Assembly: GCA_965267575.1 (NCBI GenBank)
Contig: OZ254086.1
Span: forward strand, 4,416,001-4,480,000
Direction: 5' to 3'
Source of the DNA: Calditrichales bacterium
Lineage (GTDB): Bacteria; Calditrichota; Calditrichia; Calditrichales; J004
DNA: 64,000 nucleotides
Made by a program: the position numbers and the translations under genes. The first letter of the stretch is position 1; the number at the start of each line of letters is the position of its first letter. Positions 58,477-64,000 of the stretch are shown piece after piece. The notes beneath the pieces are model-generated. The model saw nothing but the letters and a program-made list of their open reading frames with translations. It was not told the DNA's origin and made no database searches.

Positions 58477-58573
58477 GGCGAACAAGAGCATCAACGCGGA
58501 CGCTAAAGTCGAGCCCGTGATTTGTTCCTGAAAGTATCTTTAATTTTCGTGTCCCTTTTGCCTGGCGTTATAC
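58477..58573 (+). mobile_element. Degenerate integron attC site
   Basis: R'' GGCGAAC, L'' GCATCAACGCGGAC, eroded L' GTCCCTTTTGC, R' GTTATAC. Confidence 0.65.
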
Positions 58574-58582
58574 CCATCTTCA

Positions 58583-58659
58583 CCCTCCCCCACCCTTGAC
58601 GCCCCCACCTCTTTGCGCATATCTTGTGGCGTGTTAAATCCGGCCTGTTTTTCTGATGA
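58583..58659 (+). repeat. ~76-bp direct repeat, left of the TA module
   Basis: CCCCCACCCTTGACG..TATCTTGTGGCGTGTTAAATCC..TTTCTGATGA, repeated at 59413-59488. Confidence 0.9.
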
Positions 58660-58766
58660 TTGAAATACTGTCGGCTTATTCTACTCGCCTGGGATATTTT
58701 GGAGTCTTGTTTTGTACAACCCATCATAGTATTATTCTCAACAAACAAAAGGAATAGGATAAAATA

Positions 58767-58991
58767 ATGAGTACTTTTTCAATTGATTTTAACCAGGTAA
58801 AAAAAATCATTTCTCAATATGACCTGGATAAAAAAATAGAATTGATCAAAACACTTGAAAAAGAGACGTTTCCGCAACGGTTTAAAACACTTTTGGACAA
58901 AATGAAAACAGACGAAATTTCTCTGAATGATATTACTTCGGAAACTGAACTGATACGTGAAAAAAGATATAATGCCGGAAAAAAAGCTTAG
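58767..58991 (+). CDS. Putative antitoxin
   Basis: 74 aa, ISLNDITSETELIREKRY; overlaps the start of the PIN toxin. Confidence 0.7.
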   Translation: MSTFSIDFNQVKKIISQYDLDKKIELIKTLEKETFPQRFKTLLDKMKTDEISLNDITSETELIREKRYNAGKKA

Positions 58992-59396
58992 ACTCGTTAT
59001 TGATACGAATATCTGGATAAGCTTTTTGATTGGAAAAACTCTCGCGGGGTTGTCAAAGGCAATCATTGATGATCGTGTTTTAATTCTTTTTAGTGAAGAG
59101 CTTTTCAACGAAGTAATTGAAGTTTTGCACCGTCCGATGTTAAAAAATATTTTTCTAAAGAGACAATTCAGGAATTCATATCGTTAATCCAACCGAAAAT
59201 AGAATGGGTTGAGATTAATTCAGCGATTGATGAGTGCAGAGACGCAAAAGATAATTTCTTATTAGACTTATGTGTCTCAGGAAATGCTGACTACCTGGTT
59301 ACCGGTGATAATGATTTACTTGTTCTAAATCCTTTTCGCGGAACACACATAATAGAATATCGGGAATTTCAAATACATATTAATAAAATGTCCTAA
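58972..59396 (+). pseudogene. PIN-family toxin with a frameshift at ~59140
   Basis: VIDTNIWIS in the first frame; CRDAKDNFLLDLCVSGNADYLVTGDNDLL in the -1 frame after the TTAAAAAAT run. Confidence 0.85.
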
Positions 59397-59412
59397 GCCC
59401 ATGATACTGGAG

Positions 59413-59488
59413 CCCCCCCCACCCTTGACGTCCCCACCCCTTTGCCCCTATCTTGTGGCGTGTTAAATCCAGCCTGATTTTCTGATGA
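59413..59488 (+). repeat. ~76-bp direct repeat, right of the TA module
   Basis: Near-identical to 58583-58659. Confidence 0.9.
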
Positions 59489-59723
59489 ATGGTTTGGGCG
59501 AAAGCAAACATTGTCGAATAAGCTTACGTCGTCACATCATTATTATGTTAATGCACTGCAAAATATAATTTCCATTCCTGATAATAGTTCGTATTTTTTA
59601 TCAAAAACCGGCAATCTGGCCTGGTTGTCTGACCCATGTCATGCATTGACAGCTTTGCTCATCACAAGGACCGTTGATACGAGTTAGTTGAAGTGTTCTC
59701 AAACTTAATCGGAGGAGATAGAA

Positions 59724-59912
59724 ATGTCTGAGAAACCTTTTACGATCGTTAAACGGGAAGATTTATCCCCCCTTTGTCCCCATTGCGAGAAAGAATTGAC
59801 TGAAGTATATACAAGGGCGAAAGGCGTGCCATTTGTCCAGGGAACCAACGTAATTTACTTCTGTCCTCATTGCCGCAAAGTCCTCGGCTTCGGCCAGGGC
59901 AGGATGATCTAA
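59724..59912 (+). CDS. Small zinc-ribbon protein
   Basis: GGAGG RBS; CPHCE...FCPHCRKVLG. Confidence 0.8.
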   Translation: MSEKPFTIVKREDLSPLCPHCEKELTEVYTRAKGVPFVQGTNVIYFCPHCRKVLGFGQGRMI

Positions 59913-60000
59913 CCCGCTTAAGTAATTCGTTTTTGGAAAGCCTTATGGGAGTTGAACTTAAGTTGACGGAAAAATAGTTTTCGTCAAAGGAGGTATTCGT

Positions 60001-60984
60001 ATGTCCAGTTCAGAAACAGTCTCTCGTTTATCATTAATACTCTTTATATGTTCTTTCGTGTTCGCACAATATGATTATATCCAAATAGGTGATATCCCTT
60101 ATAAGATATACCCCGAAGTCAATGACCTAAAGCCCGGCTTATCGTCTCCCTTTAAAGCTGCAGATAACGAAGAGTATATCATCGCCGTCACGAAAGAAAA
60201 CAAATATGCTATCGCCCCGGTTACACTTAGCAACGAAAACAGAATGTGTAAGCAATTATTTGTCGACTCAGCAGATTTTCCTGCTTTGTCGAAAACCGGG
60301 CTGCATTCTGAAAAGGAATTGATTGAGATAAAATTTATCACTGGTCGCTCAATTGAGGAAATCACTGAATTAGGGAGGCCAAACAGGTTGTCCCAGGCCG
60401 GTTTCATGGCTGAAGATGAAACGGTTCTTTCGGTGATTAAAGGTGACAACCAATTGGTTCGCGCCATGGATTTAACTCATCCGCAACTTGCTGCACCGCT
60501 TTTCCATATTCTAAACTTAATGGATATAGATTTATCTCTGAATCGTTGGAATATGGCTAAACATCGTTGGGAAAACATTAAGCACATATTATATAACGAC
60601 CAAAAGGTTTACGTAGAAGCTGAAGATACTAAAGGGGGCCAAAAGTCGATTTTTAATGATGGGATAGGGGGCTCTTTTTATATAAAGATTTGGCGAATGC
60701 TTTCTGCTGAAGAAGAAAAATTCCTGGAAGAAAAATACGGTCATTTATCCGAATCCGATTATAAGCGGTTGAAAGATTTGTTAAGTACAATGAATACGGG
60801 TGAAATGGAACCACAATACATTATGAGGTATGGATTTTATGAAGGCCATACATATTGGCGAACAGATCCTATTGCGCTTGCCTTCATATTTGGTCTTAGA
60901 ACCCTTCCCGAGATAGAGGAAAAATTCGCCGGAAGATTGTTTGAGACCCTGACCACTCATTTCACTGAGCAAGAATTTAATTGA
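60001..60984 (+). CDS. Exported conserved hypothetical protein
   Basis: AAGGAGG RBS; signal peptide; RPNRLSQAGF, LTHPQLA, RYGFYEGH..RTDP. Confidence 0.7.
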   Translation: MSSSETVSRLSLILFICSFVFAQYDYIQIGDIPYKIYPEVNDLKPGLSSPFKAADNEEYIIAVTKENKYAIAPVTLSNENRMCKQLFVDSADFPALSKTGLHSEKELIEIKFITGRSIEEITELGRPNRLSQAGFMAEDETVLSVIKGDNQLVRAMDLTHPQLAAPLFHILNLMDIDLSLNRWNMAKHRWENIKHILYNDQKVYVEAEDTKGGQKSIFNDGIGGSFYIKIWRMLSAEEEKFLEEKYGHLSESDYKRLKDLLSTMNTGEMEPQYIMRYGFYEGHTYWRTDPIALAFIFGLRTLPEIEEKFAGRLFETLTTHFTEQEFN

Positions 60985-61198
60985 TAATATTGGCTGGGCA
61001 TTTTATGCATTAGCCAGGTTGGTCAAAGATAGGCGGGAAGCTGACTCTTATCCCACACTGAGCCGCGGACAACTGCTGCCGCATTCTGGCTCTACGGCGT
61101 GATCAGTTACGCGGCATTTGTAAATTTGCGCGCACACAAAGGCATTGTGTTTTTATTTCAATTTCCTAAATTCAGCGCAACACTATTAGCGATCGCTT

Positions 61199-63121
61199 AT
61201 GTCCAATCACACGCTTTTTGATGATGAAGCCGCTGCCCTGCGCAAGATCCTGGAAGGCACGGCGTCGCATACAGGCAAAGAATTTTTCCGCGCCCTGGTC
61301 CGCAACCTGGCTGAAGCCCTCAAAACCAAGGGCGCCTGGGTAACCGAGTATGTGCCGGAAAAACGGCGTCTGCGGGCGATTGCTTTCTGGATGCAGGACC
61401 GCTTTGTGGACCAGTATGAATACGATGTAAAAGGCACGCCCTGCGAACGCGTTATCGAAAAGCAGAGCCTTTTCCATGTTGCCGAAAACATCATCGAGCT
61501 TTTCCCCGGCGATCCCGACCTGAAGCCTTTTGACGCCGTGAGCTACCTGGGGGCGCCGCTCCTCGATCTGGATGGCGCCGTGCTGGGCCACCTGGCCGTG
61601 CAGGACAACCGGCCGCTCCCTGAAGAAGCCCGCAAAGTGGACCTGTTCCGCATCTTTGCCGAACGCGCGGCATCGGAACTGCGCCGCATTCGCGCCCAGA
61701 GCCGTCTGCAGGAACGTGAAGAGCAATTGCGCCGCCTGTTTGACAGCGCCATGGACGCCATTATCGAGATCGATGAAAAATTCACCATTACCCAGGCCAA
61801 TGCCGCCGCCGTCGCCCTGTTTGGTGAAAACAGGCAGGACAACATCTGCGGCCTCAAATTCAATCAATACCTCAGCCCCGATTCACTCGAAAAGCTGAAG
61901 AAGCTGCAAGACGATCTCAAAGACCAAGGCACCAAAGAGCGCTTCCTGTGGGTGGCCGGCGGTCTTAACGCCATCGGCAAAGGCGGCAATACATTTCAAA
62001 CTGAGGCGACACTCTCCTGCTACCAGCACAACCGCCGGGTTTATTTCAACCTGGTTTTACGTAACGTAAGCGAACGTATTGAAGCCGAGCAAAAGCTGGA
62101 CAGGCTGACCGCGGAAACAGAATACCTGCGTGAAGAGCTGCGCCAAAGCAACCACTTCGACGAGATCATCGGGGAAAGCCCGGCCATCCTGAAAGTGCTG
62201 AATGACATACGGCAGGTGGCCAGCAGCAACGCCTCCGTGCTGATTTTTGGCGAAACCGGAACGGGCAAGGAGCTGGTGGCGCGCAGCATTCACCGCAACA
62301 GCGGGCGCAGCGAGAGAGCCCTGGTAAAAGTGAACTGCGCGGCCATCCCCGAAGCATTGATCGAGAGCGAGTTCTTTGGCCACGAAAAAGGGGCCTTTAC
62401 CGGCGCCACGGAAAAGCGCCAGGGACGTTTTGCACTGGCCAACGGCGGCAGCATTTTCCTGGATGAGATTGGCGAATTGTCCGCTGAGCTGCAAACAAAA
62501 CTGCTGCGCGTGCTGCAGGAAGGCGAGTTCGAAGCGGTGGGCAGCTCTCGGACGCAGAAGGTGGATGTGCGCGTTATCGCCGCCACCAACCGCAACCTCA
62601 GGCAAATGATCGCCGACGGCACCTTCCGCGAAGACCTTTACTACCGCCTGAACGTCTTTCCCATTCACGTGCCCCCTCTGCGTGAACGCGGCAACGACGT
62701 CGTGCTGATCGCCATGAAGCTGATCCAACAGTTCGCCAAGGAAAGCGGGCAGAGGCTTCAACCTCTGTCGCAGGTGGACATCCAGCGCATGAAATCCTAC
62801 AGCTGGCCGGGCAACATCCGCGAGCTGCGCAACATCATCGAACGCGCCGTTATTACCGCCCGCAACGGCAGGCTCGATCTGGGCACGCTTTTCGCGGAGC
62901 CGCCAGCGCCACAACAGCCGCGGAATAGCGCCATCCCGACAGCGACGGACAAAGTGCTTACCATCAGCGAGATGCAGGAGTTGGAAAAGCAAAACATGAT
63001 CCGTGCGCTGGAACAGACGAAATGGAAAGTGGCCGGCGAAAAGGGCGCCGCCAGGATCATGGGCGTTCCCTCCACCACCTTTTCTTCACGCATGAAGGCC
63101 CTGGGCATTAAACGTCCCTGA
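61199..63121 (+). CDS. Sigma-54-dependent enhancer-binding activator (GAF-PAS-AAA+-Fis HTH)
   Basis: [52 protein letters not shown]. Confidence 0.95.
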   Translation: MSNHTLFDDEAAALRKILEGTASHTGKEFFRALVRNLAEALKTKGAWVTEYVPEKRRLRAIAFWMQDRFVDQYEYDVKGTPCERVIEKQSLFHVAENIIELFPGDPDLKPFDAVSYLGAPLLDLDGAVLGHLAVQDNRPLPEEARKVDLFRIFAERAASELRRIRAQSRLQEREEQLRRLFDSAMDAIIEIDEKFTITQANAAAVALFGENRQDNICGLKFNQYLSPDSLEKLKKLQDDLKDQGTKERFLWVAGGLNAIGKGGNTFQTEATLSCYQHNRRVYFNLVLRNVSERIEAEQKLDRLTAETEYLREELRQSNHFDEIIGESPAILKVLNDIRQVASSNASVLIFGETGTGKELVARSIHRNSGRSERALVKVNCAAIPEALIESEFFGHEKGAFTGATEKRQGRFALANGGSIFLDEIGELSAELQTKLLRVLQEGEFEAVGSSRTQKVDVRVIAATNRNLRQMIADGTFREDLYYRLNVFPIHVPPLRERGNDVVLIAMKLIQQFAKESGQRLQPLSQVDIQRMKSYSWPGNIRELRNIIERAVITARNGRLDLGTLFAEPPAPQQPRNSAIPTATDKVLTISEMQELEKQNMIRALEQTKWKVAGEKGAARIMGVPSTTFSSRMKALGIKRP

Positions 63122-63130
63122 GTGCCGGAT

Positions 63131-63176
63131 TTACGAAATCCGGTAACGAAATCTCGTAAATCACGAAATCCCGTAA
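63131..63176. promoter_or_regulatory. Three palindromic upstream activator sites (TTACGAAAT.YCGTAA)
   Basis: TTACGAAATCCGGTAA, TAACGAAATCTCGTAA, TCACGAAATCCCGTAA. Confidence 0.7.
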
Positions 63177-63203
63177 CTAAATCCGCTTTTCATAAACACT
63201 CTC

Positions 63204-63216
63204 TAAGTGTTTGATT
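63204..63216 (-). promoter_or_regulatory. IHF binding site
   Basis: AATCAAACACTTA matches WATCAANNNNTTR, located between the UAS and the sigma-54 site. Confidence 0.6.
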
Positions 63217-63246
63217 TAACTGTACTTATATCTGCACATCTGCTTT

Positions 63247-63261
63247 TGGCACGCTTTGTGA
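63247..63261 (+). promoter_or_regulatory. Sigma-54 -24/-12 promoter
   Basis: TGGCACG-CTTT-GTGA (the -12 element deviates from TTGC). Confidence 0.6.
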
Positions 63262-63329
63262 CATATATAGCGTCAAATGCGCGCATTAAACAAAACAAAA
63301 TACAATCTAATCCAAAAGGAGATGACAAA

Positions 63330-63902
63330 ATGAAGACCCCAAATATATTGAATGGTGTAAATGTGGACCGCCTGGTCGAGACAATCGAAACGATAAGCGA
63401 GCAGCCCGAGCTGGGCAAATTTGAATTCCGCGCGAAAAGCAAATGGGTCGACGGCGGGCACTATATGTCCGTAATCGACAGCTTCTTTGGCGCCGGAAAA
63501 GAAGACGCTCACGATAAGCCTTTCATCCTTTACGGCGATGAACCGGACATCCTGCTCGGTATCGATCGCGGCCCCAACCCCGTTGAATTTGTGCTTCACG
63601 GGCTGGCCGGCTGCCTGAGCACGACTTTCGTGTATTATGCCGCTGCCGCCGGTGTCAAGATTGACGCCATCGACTACACGCTGGAAGGCGACGTTGATGT
63701 GCGAGGCCTGCTGGGCATATCCAAAGAAGTGCGTCCCGGCTACCAGAATATCCGCGTAACCTTCCATGTGCAATCGGATGCACCCGAAGAAAAACTGCAG
63801 GAACTGGTCAAACTGGCCCAGATGCGCTCGCCGGTATTCAATACGGTATCCGAGCCGGTGCCGGTAAACGTCGGTCTGGACGTTGTTGAAAAGGCCGCCT
63901 GA
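63330..63902 (+). CDS. OsmC family protein
   Basis: NGVNVD, DEPDILLG.DRGPNPVE..L..LAGC, D.RG.LG, RSPVFN; AAGGAG RBS. Confidence 0.9.
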   Translation: MKTPNILNGVNVDRLVETIETISEQPELGKFEFRAKSKWVDGGHYMSVIDSFFGAGKEDAHDKPFILYGDEPDILLGIDRGPNPVEFVLHGLAGCLSTTFVYYAAAAGVKIDAIDYTLEGDVDVRGLLGISKEVRPGYQNIRVTFHVQSDAPEEKLQELVKLAQMRSPVFNTVSEPVPVNVGLDVVEKAA

Positions 63903-63918
63903 AAATGAACACACAACA

Positions 63919-63955
63919 GGATCTTCCGGAGAAAAATGGCCGGGAGATCCTTTTT
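63919..63955 (+). terminator. Hairpin terminator/attenuator after the OsmC gene
   Basis: GGATCTTCCGG...CCGGGAGATCC followed by TTTTT. Confidence 0.6.
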
Positions 63956-63972
63956 AAAAAGGAGACAATAAA

Positions 63973-64000
63973 ATGATCGTTGAAACTTTGAATGATAAAA
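63973..64000 (+). CDS. Start of the next gene (truncated by window)
   Basis: AAGGAGA RBS then ATG (MIVETLNDK). Confidence 0.5.

Overview
Bacterial chromosomal window. The NYPNPFNP-type C-terminal sorting domain, bacillithiol genes, Lnb/DUF4105 and TonB receptor suggest an FCB-group lineage such as Calditrichota or Ignavibacteria (inference). About 1-35 kb is mostly housekeeping or metabolic: hybrid histidine kinase, RtcB, sugar-nucleotide enzymes, AAA+/VWA pair, Ktr/Trk K+ uptake, M1 and S9 peptidases, PEP carboxylase and CvfB, plus a RAYT transposase and several REP-like repeat families. About 35-61 kb is an accessory, almost entirely plus-strand region of mixed base composition. Its main unexplained structure is a dispersed, integrase-less integron-like system. 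Two ~154-bp near-identical attI-like platforms (46964-47121 and 57245-57402) lose similarity just after the GTT of a GTTRRRY core. Each is followed by AT-rich gene cassettes ending in attC sites whose R'' box matches the cassette's own 5' core. Further decayed attI-like copies, an orphan attC and a partial gene duplication that starts at an attC crossover are also present. Other highlights are a structured intergenic RNA candidate with a 13-nt perfect complement of the 16S rRNA 3' end, an orphan signal-peptide-bearing miniature VgrG/Afp8-like protein, a repeat-flanked TA module with a frameshifted PIN toxin, and a readable sigma-54 promoter (three UAS, IHF site, -24/-12) upstream of an OsmC-family gene. 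All family calls come from motif recognition by eye; no database searches were run.
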